A stretch of 48,673 nucleotides of DNA from a virus. Below the pieces are notes generated by a model. The model was not told where the DNA came from and searched no databases. It was given only the letters and a program-made list of their open reading frames with translations. A program made the position numbers and the translations under genes. Position 1 is the first letter of the stretch. Every line of letters begins with the position of its first letter. Of this stretch, positions 40,877-48,673 are shown one piece after another. Location: positions 1 through 48,673 of IMG/VR virus record IMGVR_UViG_3300043486_000003; one strand, given 5' to 3'.

Positions 40877-42391
40877 GTGGCTACGCTCGCCAGTGACCCG
40901 TTTACCGACACCAACGGCCAGCCGTGGTCTGGTACGTGGGCGGCTGGGCTGACACCTACAGGTGGCGGAGCAACGATCAGCAGTAATGCCGGTTTAATGA
41001 CCAATGGGTCGGCAGGCGGGTATGCGGGTGCTGACCGTGTTTCCCGTCGTGTGACGATCACCAATCCGGTAGATGTGGTCTGGCAAAGTAGATTTCAGTT
41101 TGTAGGCGAGACTTTCCCTAGAATCTATCTCCGTTCTAATGGTTCGGCACCTACTCTGTTGGACACTGAAAAGGGTTACTTTATAGCCATTAACCAGGGT
41201 GTTGGCTATGGGATCGGAGTAACCACAGGCTATTCTGATACAGCAATTTCATCTACAATATCTATGTCCATCACTGCTGGCGTGTGGTATTGGGTAATTT
41301 TTGGAATTGTTGGCACAGACCTGAAAGCCGTTATCTGGCCCGACGGTTTGCCCCAACCTAGTTGGGGCATTGAAGCTTCCAACGGAACGAACCTGACAGC
41401 AGGATCTTTCGGAATTACCCTTGCATCAGGTAATGCACCGAACACCACGTTCCTAATCGATGACGTTACTATTTTTGATACTTTCCCAGCAACCCCTGCT
41501 GCGCCTCAGCTGGTTTCGCGACCGAAGTTCTCTGGACCGATTCCAACTCGTGGGCAGCCCTCGTTCTGGATACCGACGCAACGGGTGCCACCGGATGTCT
41601 CGACTACAACGGTCACTAGTGACCTCGACATCCGGTGGGCAGTAACCAGTACGCTTAACTCGGATGTAGATGTTCGTTGGAAAGTTGCCAATACTCTTAA
41701 TTCAGATCTAGATCTGAGATGGGTTGCTAATAGTTTTGTTAATTCAGATTTAGATGTACGATGGAAAGTTGCTAATGTATTCACATCTGATCTAGATCTA
41801 AGATGGAAAGTTGCGAATGCCCTAATTTCTGATCTAGACTTGAAATGGGCAGTCCGTTCTGTTTTTACATCGGACCTTGACTTACGATGGGCAGTTCGAT
41901 CTGTTTTGACGTCGAACTTAGATGTTCGATGGAAAGTTGCTAACGTACTCACTTCGAATCTAGATCTGAGATGGGCAGTGCGTTCTGTCCTGACGTCAAA
42001 TCTAGATCTCAGGTGGGCTGTTCGCTCGGCTTTGAATTCTGATCTTGATTTACGTTGGCGCGTGTACACGTTAGTGAATTCTAATCTAGATATTCGATGG
42101 ATCGTTGTATCTAGCGCAACAACTATTACTAGTGACCTAGACCTGAGATGGATTGCTAGGGCAAGGATTTCGTCTGATCTGAATCTTAGGTGGATCGTTG
42201 TTTCATTTGTAGTTGCGCCGACGACGATTTGGGCTGGACCCGGTGAAGACTCCGGTTACCTTGTGACAGTAGGGGATTCGCAAGTATACGTAGCGAGTGG
42301 AGCTGCCTCAGGTATGACGGTGCAGACAGAGCCCGGCGAGACGTCGCATACTGTTGACGGCGGTACTGGCATCACGGCAGTGGGAGGCTAG
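40877..42391 (+). CDS. fibre-like protein: N-terminal globular domain plus fourteen 14-residue SDLDLRWxVxSxLx repeats
   Basis: It starts at GTG. The first ~245 aa are non-repetitive (DPFTDTNGQPWSGTW..., possibly lectin/ConA-like). These are followed by the repeat array and a short C-terminal tail. Confidence 0.7.
   Translation: MATLASDPFTDTNGQPWSGTWAAGLTPTGGGATISSNAGLMTNGSAGGYAGADRVSRRVTITNPVDVVWQSRFQFVGETFPRIYLRSNGSAPTLLDTEKGYFIAINQGVGYGIGVTTGYSDTAISSTISMSITAGVWYWVIFGIVGTDLKAVIWPDGLPQPSWGIEASNGTNLTAGSFGITLASGNAPNTTFLIDDVTIFDTFPATPAAPQLVSRPKFSGPIPTRGQPSFWIPTQRVPPDVSTTTVTSDLDIRWAVTSTLNSDVDVRWKVANTLNSDLDLRWVANSFVNSDLDVRWKVANVFTSDLDLRWKVANALISDLDLKWAVRSVFTSDLDLRWAVRSVLTSNLDVRWKVANVLTSNLDLRWAVRSVLTSNLDLRWAVRSALNSDLDLRWRVYTLVNSNLDIRWIVVSSATTITSDLDLRWIARARISSDLNLRWIVVSFVVAPTTIWAGPGEDSGYLVTVGDSQVYVASGAASGMTVQTEPGETSHTVDGGTGITAVGG
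41618..42214 (+). repeat. 42-bp in-frame tandem repeat, 14 units (one unit carries a 9-bp insertion)
   Basis: The units encode SDLDIRWAVTSTLN, SDVDVRWKVANTLN, SDLDLRWVANSFVN ... SDLNLRWIVVSFVV. The period was read directly from the sequence. Confidence 0.9.
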
Positions 42392-42394
42392 GGC

Positions 42395-43234
42395 ATGGAG
42401 CTTGGAAGCACTTTACGGTTTTCAGCTAAGCTATATGATAAAGATCCGAATGAAGGTGGCATTCTTATAAATCCTACTGCCGCTACCTTGACCATTAGTT
42501 TAGATGGTGTCTCAATAGCTACTCCAGCTATCACTGTACCTCCAGCGGTAACGGGAACCTTCACCAATGACTATCCGACTACTCTTCCGGGTAGGTACGT
42601 GGGTAGATGGTTGTTTACTATAGCTGGCGGGAAGACAGCAGCTTATTCTCAAACCTTCAATGTCAGTGTTTTAGACCCAGGTTTACTGATTAGTTTGTCT
42701 GAGGCTAAACACCATTTGAATATTCCATTCGATGACACATCGTCTGATTCTGAGTTACTGGAATGGCTAGAAGGCCTTACTCCGGTAATAGAGAATAAAG
42801 TCGGTGCGTGTATACCCAGAACTGTAGTGGAATATAAAATGTCATCTGGATACGGCACAGTTGTGCTACGTACGGATGAAACACCGGTTTTATCTGTTAC
42901 CAGCATTGTTCCTTATTTGTCCAGTGGAATCACTTACACTGCTGGTCAAGTTCGTTGTACTCCAGACGGCGCTATTCGACTGCTGACTGGGCTTCCCTTT
43001 ACCTGGGGATCATATGAGATTACCTATGTCGTTGGTCGTAAACCTTTGCCAGCTAACATTGGTTTAGCCGTCCGTATCATTCTGCAACACCTATGGGATA
43101 CTCAGCGAGGTTCGTCAGGGTTGCCACTACAGGGGGGTGATGACGTCTCTGTCATACCTGGACTCGGGTACGCCGTGCCTAATCGTGCTCTAGAGCTACT
43201 TCGCCCGCACAGGCGCGGACCGTCGATCGGCTGA
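42395..43234 (+). CDS. head-tail connector (gp6-like adaptor) with N-terminal beta-sandwich extension
   Basis: ISLSEAKHHLNIPFDDTSSDSELLEWLEGLTPVIENKVG matches the gp6-like connector motif. The N-terminal ~95 aa look Ig-like. Confidence 0.7.
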   Translation: MELGSTLRFSAKLYDKDPNEGGILINPTAATLTISLDGVSIATPAITVPPAVTGTFTNDYPTTLPGRYVGRWLFTIAGGKTAAYSQTFNVSVLDPGLLISLSEAKHHLNIPFDDTSSDSELLEWLEGLTPVIENKVGACIPRTVVEYKMSSGYGTVVLRTDETPVLSVTSIVPYLSSGITYTAGQVRCTPDGAIRLLTGLPFTWGSYEITYVVGRKPLPANIGLAVRIILQHLWDTQRGSSGLPLQGGDDVSVIPGLGYAVPNRALELLRPHRRGPSIG

Positions 43235-43265
43235 CTGTGCGACTATCAACAGGAGAGGAGTCAGA

Positions 43266-43721
43266 ATGCCGTCAGCACTGGGTAACGTGATTGCAGCCGT
43301 TGTGTCGACTCTCCGTGCCAGCGGGGGACTCGCGGGTGTTGTTGTGGATGATGAGGGGGAGCCGTCGAACCGCGCTTGGAGTGACGGCATTCTGATTGGG
43401 GATGACGGCGATCCGGAGACAGATATCGTTTCAGTATTTCAACAGGAGTGGGCGAACCTCAGTCATACGAAACGGTACGAGCGAGGGGAGATACCTTGTG
43501 CAGCTGTATCCCAATCAGGGTCTACCGCAATCGCAGATTGCCGGACGAGAGCTTTCGAGCTTATCGGTCTATGCGAAACGGCACTCCTAACTAATCCCAC
43601 TTTAGGAGGATTGGTATTCTCGATAGAGCTATTCACTACTGCCTCATCTAAGCCTATTCAAGACACCAGGGGGTCAGCAGTAGTCGCACCTTTCGTTATC
43701 AGGTACTGGACTCAAGTTTAA
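43266..43721 (+). CDS. head-tail joining / neck protein (family not assigned)
   Basis: This tracked ORF has the RBS AGGAGAGGAG. The call is positional. Confidence 0.5.
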   Translation: MPSALGNVIAAVVSTLRASGGLAGVVVDDEGEPSNRAWSDGILIGDDGDPETDIVSVFQQEWANLSHTKRYERGEIPCAAVSQSGSTAIADCRTRAFELIGLCETALLTNPTLGGLVFSIELFTTASSKPIQDTRGSAVVAPFVIRYWTQV

Positions 43722-43738
43722 GGAAGGAAAGCGGTAAA

Positions 43739-44068
43739 ATGACTATGCCAGTGTTTATCAGTTTACAGGGACCTAATGTAGGTCCAGGTTTTGATTTAGG
43801 TCTACAGGCAGGTCCGGCTAGACATTTCACTTTGTCTATTGCTGCTAATAGTGGGCATGAGCCTGACGCGTTTACAGTTTCGCTTGAAGGATGGATACCT
43901 AGCGGAGGTGATGACGTATGGATTAAGCTTATCGAAACTTCTGATTATGGGGTTTACTCTGTGTCAGAGCACATGGTGGCGCGTATCCGTGCGAATATGC
44001 TTTCATTTACATCCGGTTCTGATCCCTTTGCAGGGATCGTTGCAGCTATAGCGGTAGGGGATAACTAA
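43739..44068 (+). CDS. hypothetical neck-module protein (109 aa)
   Basis: This tracked ORF has the RBS AAGGAAGGAAAG. Confidence 0.55.
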   Translation: MTMPVFISLQGPNVGPGFDLGLQAGPARHFTLSIAANSGHEPDAFTVSLEGWIPSGGDDVWIKLIETSDYGVYSVSEHMVARIRANMLSFTSGSDPFAGIVAAIAVGDN

Positions 44069-44394
44069 TGCCATTACCAGCAGTAAAAGCTATCGGTTCT
44101 CTTCCTGGCGGAACTATTTCTGTGATGGGTACCCCGTTGTCATCAGAAACCGTTGCCCCAGATGACGACTTGATTCTACATATCAAGACTACGGGTACGG
44201 CCACTACAATCACATGGACAGACCCAGGCAGTACTCCGTCCGGCACGCTTGCCGCTGTGTCAGCTCAGGTCATGGCTACAACTGAGGAACGATTCATTCG
44301 TGTACCACAATCGTTGGCAGGCTCTAATGGGCTAATTGCTGTTGCCTTTAGTGGGGCACTTACCGGTGTAACCGGAGAATGGCTGAGGGCGTGA
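44068..44394 (+). CDS. hypothetical neck-module protein (108 aa)
   Basis: This tracked ORF has a TAATG overlap with the upstream gene. Confidence 0.55.
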   Translation: MPLPAVKAIGSLPGGTISVMGTPLSSETVAPDDDLILHIKTTGTATTITWTDPGSTPSGTLAAVSAQVMATTEERFIRVPQSLAGSNGLIAVAFSGALTGVTGEWLRA

Positions 44395-44395
44395 T

Positions 44396-44743
44396 ATGAA
44401 CTGGCTACACATGACCAACACTGAAACGAGAGGTACATCGACCTTTCCGGATGAGCCTGGCGTAAAGGAATGGTATGAAGCTCACGGATGGAAGGTCACC
44501 GATCCGCCGAAGGATGGACCTACCGGCAATCCGCCGGACGTCGACCCTGAGGTTAAATGGGTGACCATGTACAACCCCAAAACCCAAGTTAGCCATGGCT
44601 TTCCGAATAACCCGGAAGCTATTGCGGGAGCTAAGGAATCCGGGTGGCAGGTTCCTAAGCTGAATTCTCCACAAGAGAAGCCAGAAATGAAAGCTACACC
44701 CAAGAAGGCCGCACAGGCCGATGACAAGAAAGGTGATGCCTGA
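44396..44743 (+). CDS. hypothetical protein (115 aa)
   Basis: This tracked ORF has a Lys-rich tail. Confidence 0.55.
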   Translation: MNWLHMTNTETRGTSTFPDEPGVKEWYEAHGWKVTDPPKDGPTGNPPDVDPEVKWVTMYNPKTQVSHGFPNNPEAIAGAKESGWQVPKLNSPQEKPEMKATPKKAAQADDKKGDA

Positions 44744-45222
44744 TGGCTGACTCGAATGCCGACGGTAGGACTAGGGTTTACTCGGTTCCAACCATCGCCA
44801 ATATCGCAGCTCCGACTGTAGCTGAGCTCAACGCTGGCGTACGACTGGACATCTTCATGACTCCAGACGGACTGGTCGGGTATGAGGCCGAGACGGCCGG
44901 TATCGACAACAGTAAGCTCTCGTCTACCTTCAATACCCAATCGGCTGGCCGTGTCTCGTTCTCCGGCTCTCTGCTTCGGCTCATTAAGCAGACCGGTACT
45001 GATACGGTGTACAACACTCTGGTTAACCAGTTCGCTACGAACATCGTCATCCGGCGAGACACTGATGCCGCTACAGCATGGACCATCGCGGACAAGGCTG
45101 AGGTATATCCGGTTCAGTGCGGTGAAGTGAGAAACCTTTCACCAGAAGCTAACTCGGTACACAAGTACGAGGTTCCCACAATGATCACGTCTCAGCCGAA
45201 TATGCGCGCTACAGTCGCGTAG
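44743..45222 (+). CDS. major tail (tube) protein
   Basis: TRVYSVPTIANIAAPTVAELNAGV...DGLVGYE resembles siphovirus tail tube proteins. It lies upstream of the chaperone and tape measure genes. Confidence 0.7.
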   Translation: MADSNADGRTRVYSVPTIANIAAPTVAELNAGVRLDIFMTPDGLVGYEAETAGIDNSKLSSTFNTQSAGRVSFSGSLLRLIKQTGTDTVYNTLVNQFATNIVIRRDTDAATAWTIADKAEVYPVQCGEVRNLSPEANSVHKYEVPTMITSQPNMRATVA

Positions 45223-45224
45223 TC

Positions 45225-45644
45225 ATGAAATGGGACGTGAGTGACCCCCGCCAGCGAACAGCCTTGATGGCCGCTCGCAGTTGGGGGGTGTCTCCGTCCT
45301 TGTTCAACGGTGCTGATCGGATCGAGACAACAGTGTACGAGTATGATCAGGCTGGCCGCGTTGTAAGAACCGTTACCAGGTCAACAGATTGGCTTGAGGA
45401 AGACACGATAGCCGCTATCGAACTTGAGAATTATGAAGCCGATACCTGCCAAGGATGTGGAGGGCAACGGTCTGAAACAACCATCTCTGAAAATGAATTC
45501 GCGTACACTACCGGCACGGTAGTCAGGTGTCACCAATGCACAGCAGCTGACATAGCTCAAGAGCAATTGGATGCCGCTAAACTACCGCATCCGTCTGCAC
45601 TTTATATCCCAATGGTTCTGAGGGGAACTGACAATGATCATTAA
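45225..45644 (+). CDS. hypothetical protein with CxxC...CxxC zinc ribbon (139 aa)
   Basis: This tracked ORF contains CQGCGG...CHQC. It lies between the tail tube and chaperone genes. Confidence 0.55.
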   Translation: MKWDVSDPRQRTALMAARSWGVSPSLFNGADRIETTVYEYDQAGRVVRTVTRSTDWLEEDTIAAIELENYEADTCQGCGGQRSETTISENEFAYTTGTVVRCHQCTAADIAQEQLDAAKLPHPSALYIPMVLRGTDNDH

Positions 45645-46131
45645 ATATTATCCGGATAATGCTGAGGAGAAGGTATTCGACTTCTACCCTGGTGCTCTCG
45701 AAAACCCTGACACAGAAGCAATAGAGTCTGTAGGCGGTGAAACCTGGTCTACCTACGAGGAATTCGGAAGTCTGTTCTTCCGTGGATCGCAGAAGGCATA
45801 CCGTGCCGCTCTCTGGATTATGCTAAGGAAAACTGAACCTCGATTGAAGTTTACTGATATCCGGTTCAGAGCTGAGCAAGTGGCAGTGGACTACTCGGAG
45901 AAGGAACAGAGCATGATCCGTGATGCTCTGCTAGCTAACCCGATGCTTGATCAAGAGGAACGTCAGCGGCTTGAAGAAATTCTAGACGGCGACACTGTGG
46001 CCGAAACTGAGATGGCTCTAGTGATCTCTGGCACGGTGAAGCCAGCAGATTTAAAAGAACCGTCCGAGAGCTTAGAGACCGATTCTTTGACATCTGCCAC
46101 GCCGGACTCAGTTCCAGTCTCACAGAGCTGA
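45634..46131 (+). CDS. tail assembly chaperone (G-like)
   Basis: It is acidic, and AALWIMLRKTEPRLKFTDI is typical of actinophage tail chaperones. It contains the slippery heptamer T_TTA_AAA at 46050-46056. Confidence 0.65.
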   Translation: MIIKYYPDNAEEKVFDFYPGALENPDTEAIESVGGETWSTYEEFGSLFFRGSQKAYRAALWIMLRKTEPRLKFTDIRFRAEQVAVDYSEKEQSMIRDALLANPMLDQEERQRLEEILDGDTVAETEMALVISGTVKPADLKEPSESLETDSLTSATPDSVPVSQS

Positions 46132-46193
46132 AGGCATGGAAATTGACTGAGCTTGATGCTGCTTGTGACTGGCTGGACAAGAAAGGACTCTAA
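46050..46193 (+). other. candidate -1 programmed frameshift site and 45-codon trans-frame extension (G-T-like product, ~186 aa)
   Basis: T_TTA_AAA lies in the zero frame of 45634..46131. The -1 frame is open from 46011 to the TAA at 46191-46193. It encodes RTVRELRDRFFDICHAGLSSSLTELKAWKLTELDAACDWLDKKGL, which fills the otherwise non-coding gap 46132-46192. Confidence 0.45.
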
Positions 46194-46684
46194 TGCCTCA
46201 GCCTGAGATTAAAGGGCTAGACGAGTGGAAGGTTGTGTCTAAACGGTTAAGAGCGGTAGGGGATAAGGGGCTACAGCGAGAGTTTACCAAACAGATCACC
46301 GGGACGCTAAAGCCGTTGCGTAATACCAAGTTACCGTCCTCAGCTCTTGAAACCTTACCCACACGAGGGGGACTCAGCAGAGATGTAGCTCGAACCAAGT
46401 ATAGGATCATCAAGAACAGTAAGGGGTTACGGCTCACAGCTAAAGGTATCTATGATCTTTTCAAGATGGATAGAGGAATTGTACGGCACCCAATTTTTCA
46501 GAGGAAAGGTGAGGAGCACCGTAGGGTTCTTTGGCAAGCGCAACGGGTAACTCCAGGATGGTTCACTAGACCATCCCTGGCTGCCGCTCCGGAGATTAGA
46601 AAAGATGTAGAAGACGCTATGCACCATGTCATTCAGCAGATAGAAGGAAAGGAGGCAGCAAGTAATGCCGAATCTCTCCTTTGA
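46193..46684 (+). CDS. HK97 gp10-like tail-completion/neck family protein
   Basis: LETLPTRGGLSRDV...WQAQRVTPGWFTRP resembles the gp10 family. It lies unusually between the chaperone and the tape measure and overlaps the tape measure by 20 nt. Confidence 0.55.
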   Translation: MPQPEIKGLDEWKVVSKRLRAVGDKGLQREFTKQITGTLKPLRNTKLPSSALETLPTRGGLSRDVARTKYRIIKNSKGLRLTAKGIYDLFKMDRGIVRHPIFQRKGEEHRRVLWQAQRVTPGWFTRPSLAAAPEIRKDVEDAMHHVIQQIEGKEAASNAESLL

Positions 46685-48673
46685 TATCTTCTGGCGTGAT
46701 CATGGCGCTAAGAAAGGTATGCAAGATCTTGCCGACGGGTCGGATAAGTCCGGTAAGAAAATGAAAGGTATGAACGATAACGCTAAGGCTGGCGCTATCG
46801 CAGCTGGCGTAGCCATTTTAGCTGTTGGTAAACAGTCTATTGATATGGCCTCAGATATTTCTGAGAGTCAGTCTAAGGTCAAGGTGGTATTCGGGGATAG
46901 TGCGCAGTCGGTATTAGACTTCGGTGATACCAGTGCGAAAAGTCTTGGTATTAGTAAGGCATCGGCTCTAGAAGCCGCTGGCACATTCGGCAACTTGTTC
47001 GTTTCATTAAAGCTACCTCAAGGCGAAGCTGCCAAGATGTCAACCAAAATGATTACCTTGGCTGCCGACATGGCTTCATTCAATAACGCTTCTCCTGAGG
47101 AAGCGCTAGAAGCAATTAGATCAGGACTAGTTGGCGAAACCGAACCTCTACGTAAGTTCGGCGTCAATATGAATGATGCAACTTTGCGCGAGCAAGCTAT
47201 GAAGATGGGTCTAGTAGATAATATCAAGGAAGGTTTGACTCCTGCCATTAAGGCTCAGGCAGCTTACGGCCTGATGCTGGCGCAGACCGGAACAGCTCAG
47301 GGTGACTTCGCTCGTACGTCCGGAGGAATGGCCAACCAACAGCGTATTCTTAAGGCACGATTCGCTGACCTTGAAGGGGAGCTCGGAGCGAAGCTACTGC
47401 CGGTAGTGAACAAGGTTGCTCAAGGCTTGCTCGCTGGCATGGACGCTTTCGAGAAGAATGAAAAGGTAATCATCCCGCTAGTTGTAGCGGTTACGGGGCT
47501 AGCCACGGCTGTATGGGCTGTTAATAAGGCCACTAAAGCTGTCACAGCTACCCAGGCAGCATGGACAACGGTACAAGCTGTCTGCACGCGAGGTACGGAG
47601 ACTCAGACCGCAGCAACGGTCCGCTTGTCGGCAGCACTCAAGACGGTAGGTCCCGCTGTAGCAGTACTGGCTGTAGCAATGGGTGCGGTCTGGGCAGGGG
47701 ACAAGATAGGTAAATGGCAGACGGCTACGGTCAATGTCAATGACATGACTAAAGCAATGGAAGCTAATGCCAATCAGGCACAGATATCTAATCAAGAGAT
47801 TGAACTGTTCTCTCGGAAGGGACTGTTTGGTCTAGGAAAGCAGACTCTTACAACTGAGGAAGCTCTAAAGAGTTTTGGTCGGTCTGCGTACAATGCACTA
47901 GATGATGGGTGGGACGCTAGGCTCGGTCGTTGGCAGAACCTGGGGGCATCAGAATCAAAGTTCGAGAAACAAACTAGATCCTTGGATGAGGCTTTTGCAG
48001 CCATGGTACGTGAGGGACACGTGGCAGCAGCCTCTACCGAAATGGCTAGGTATGAGGGAGCTGCTCGATCATTCGGCGTACCTATGGACAAGCTCAAGGC
48101 TATGTTCCCTAAATATAAGGAAGCGGTAGACTCTGCCGCCGCTGCACAGAAGGCAGCTACCGGTACCACTAAAACCAATACCGGTGCGGTCAAGGACAAT
48201 ACAGAAGCACTTGCTACTAACGCTGCTGCTTTACTTAAAACTCGCGGATCAGAGGTAGCTTTCGAGGCAGCAGTTGACGATGCTAGAGCTGCCTTGAAAG
48301 AGAATGGTAGGACACTTGATGTCCATACAGCTAAAGGTAGAGCTAACCGAACAGCGTTAGATAACCTTGCTGGCTCTACTCTGGCATATCGAGATGCCGC
48401 TAAAGAAGCTGGAAAGTCTACTAAAGCTCAGACAGCTATCATGGAACACGGACGTGCGGAGCTTGTGCGTGTGGGCGTACGTATGGGGTTGACTAAAGGG
48501 CAAGCCAGAGCGTATGCCCGTGAAATTCTAGGTATCCCCCGGCGTGTCTCAAGTGACATTACTCTGAGCCTTAAAAATAACATCCCCCAAACACTGTACG
48601 GTATTAAAATTGGAAGTGGGAGTTACGGCAGAGGACTCGGAGTAAACAAGGCTACCGGTGGGCCGATCTTTGG
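46665..48673 (+). CDS. tape measure protein, N-terminal part (open to the window end, continues at 1..1019)
   Basis: The ATG lies at 46665. LEAAGTFGNLF...SPEEALEAIRSGLVGETEPLRKFGVNMND is the conserved tape-measure core. I saw no stop through 48673. Confidence 0.9.
   Translation, partial: MPNLSFDIFWRDHGAKKGMQDLADGSDKSGKKMKGMNDNAKAGAIAAGVAILAVGKQSIDMASDISESQSKVKVVFGDSAQSVLDFGDTSAKSLGISKASALEAAGTFGNLFVSLKLPQGEAAKMSTKMITLAADMASFNNASPEEALEAIRSGLVGETEPLRKFGVNMNDATLREQAMKMGLVDNIKEGLTPAIKAQAAYGLMLAQTGTAQGDFARTSGGMANQQRILKARFADLEGELGAKLLPVVNKVAQGLLAGMDAFEKNEKVIIPLVVAVTGLATAVWAVNKATKAVTATQAAWTTVQAVCTRGTETQTAATVRLSAALKTVGPAVAVLAVAMGAVWAGDKIGKWQTATVNVNDMTKAMEANANQAQISNQEIELFSRKGLFGLGKQTLTTEEALKSFGRSAYNALDDGWDARLGRWQNLGASESKFEKQTRSLDEAFAAMVREGHVAAASTEMARYEGAARSFGVPMDKLKAMFPKYKEAVDSAAAAQKAATGTTKTNTGAVKDNTEALATNAAALLKTRGSEVAFEAAVDDARAALKENGRTLDVHTAKGRANRTALDNLAGSTLAYRDAAKEAGKSTKAQTAIMEHGRAELVRVGVRMGLTKGQARAYAREILGIPRRVSSDITLSLKNNIPQTLYGIKIGSGSYGRGLGVNKATGGPIF
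48547..48673. repeat. 127-bp exact duplicate of bases 1-127 (circular-closure overlap)
   Basis: The sequence TCTCAAGTGACATTACTCTGAGCC...GGTGGGCCGATCTTTGG is read identically at both ends. Confidence 0.95.

Noticed and set aside
41506-42069. A 187-aa ORF on the - strand across the repeat array.
   Set aside because: It is a shadow ORF created by the 42-bp periodic repeat of the + strand gene. It is highly basic and repetitive, has no RBS, and lies antisense to a well-supported virion gene.
41618-42214. A regular tandem repeat that could be mistaken for a CRISPR array.
   Set aside because: The units abut with no spacers. The period is 42 bp, in frame, inside a long ORF, and the units diverge at codon level. 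This is a protein repeat.
48547-48673. The end duplication as a biological direct terminal repeat.
   Set aside because: The repeat lies in the middle of the tape measure coding sequence and preserves its frame. This is what an arbitrarily linearised circular assembly looks like.

Overview
The window is a complete, circularly closed dsDNA siphovirus genome of 48,546 bp. Bases 1-127 are repeated at 48547-48673, and the junction lies inside the tape measure gene. The rightward virion block runs 32915->48673 and continues at 1->7726: small and large terminase, HK97-type portal, prohead protease and capsid, head-tail connector, major tail, tail chaperone, tape measure, minor tail proteins, amidase endolysin, holin and an exported glycoside hydrolase. 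A short leftward operon (7803-8834) faces a rightward early block of small genes (8995-12310). A long leftward block (22811->12374) carries an SF2 helicase, a RecB-like exonuclease, an HNH nuclease and a membrane-anchored FtsK-like translocase. A rightward replication block (22948-29820) carries DNA polymerase I, a PrimPol-helicase, endonuclease VII and an HTH protein. I recognised no integrase, repressor, rRNA, canonical tRNA or CRISPR array, so the phage looks lytic. Gene content and the leaderless promoters resemble actinobacteriophages, but the host cannot be determined from the sequence. The most unusual items are: (1) a tRNA-like element whose anticodon arm is replaced by a GAAA tetraloop hairpin; (2) a CCACCGACAA motif next to the ribosome-binding site of 14 non-structural genes; (3) a strongly over-represented CGTGTACACG palindrome embedded in early promoters; (4) four copies of a hairpin plus GTTTCAYGTGAAAC element; (5) an 11-copy AGTTCGG iteron cluster; (6) a five-gene insertion between the capsid and connector genes that ends in a protein with fourteen 14-residue repeats. 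Every functional call rests on motif recognition by eye or on gene position; no database search was possible.
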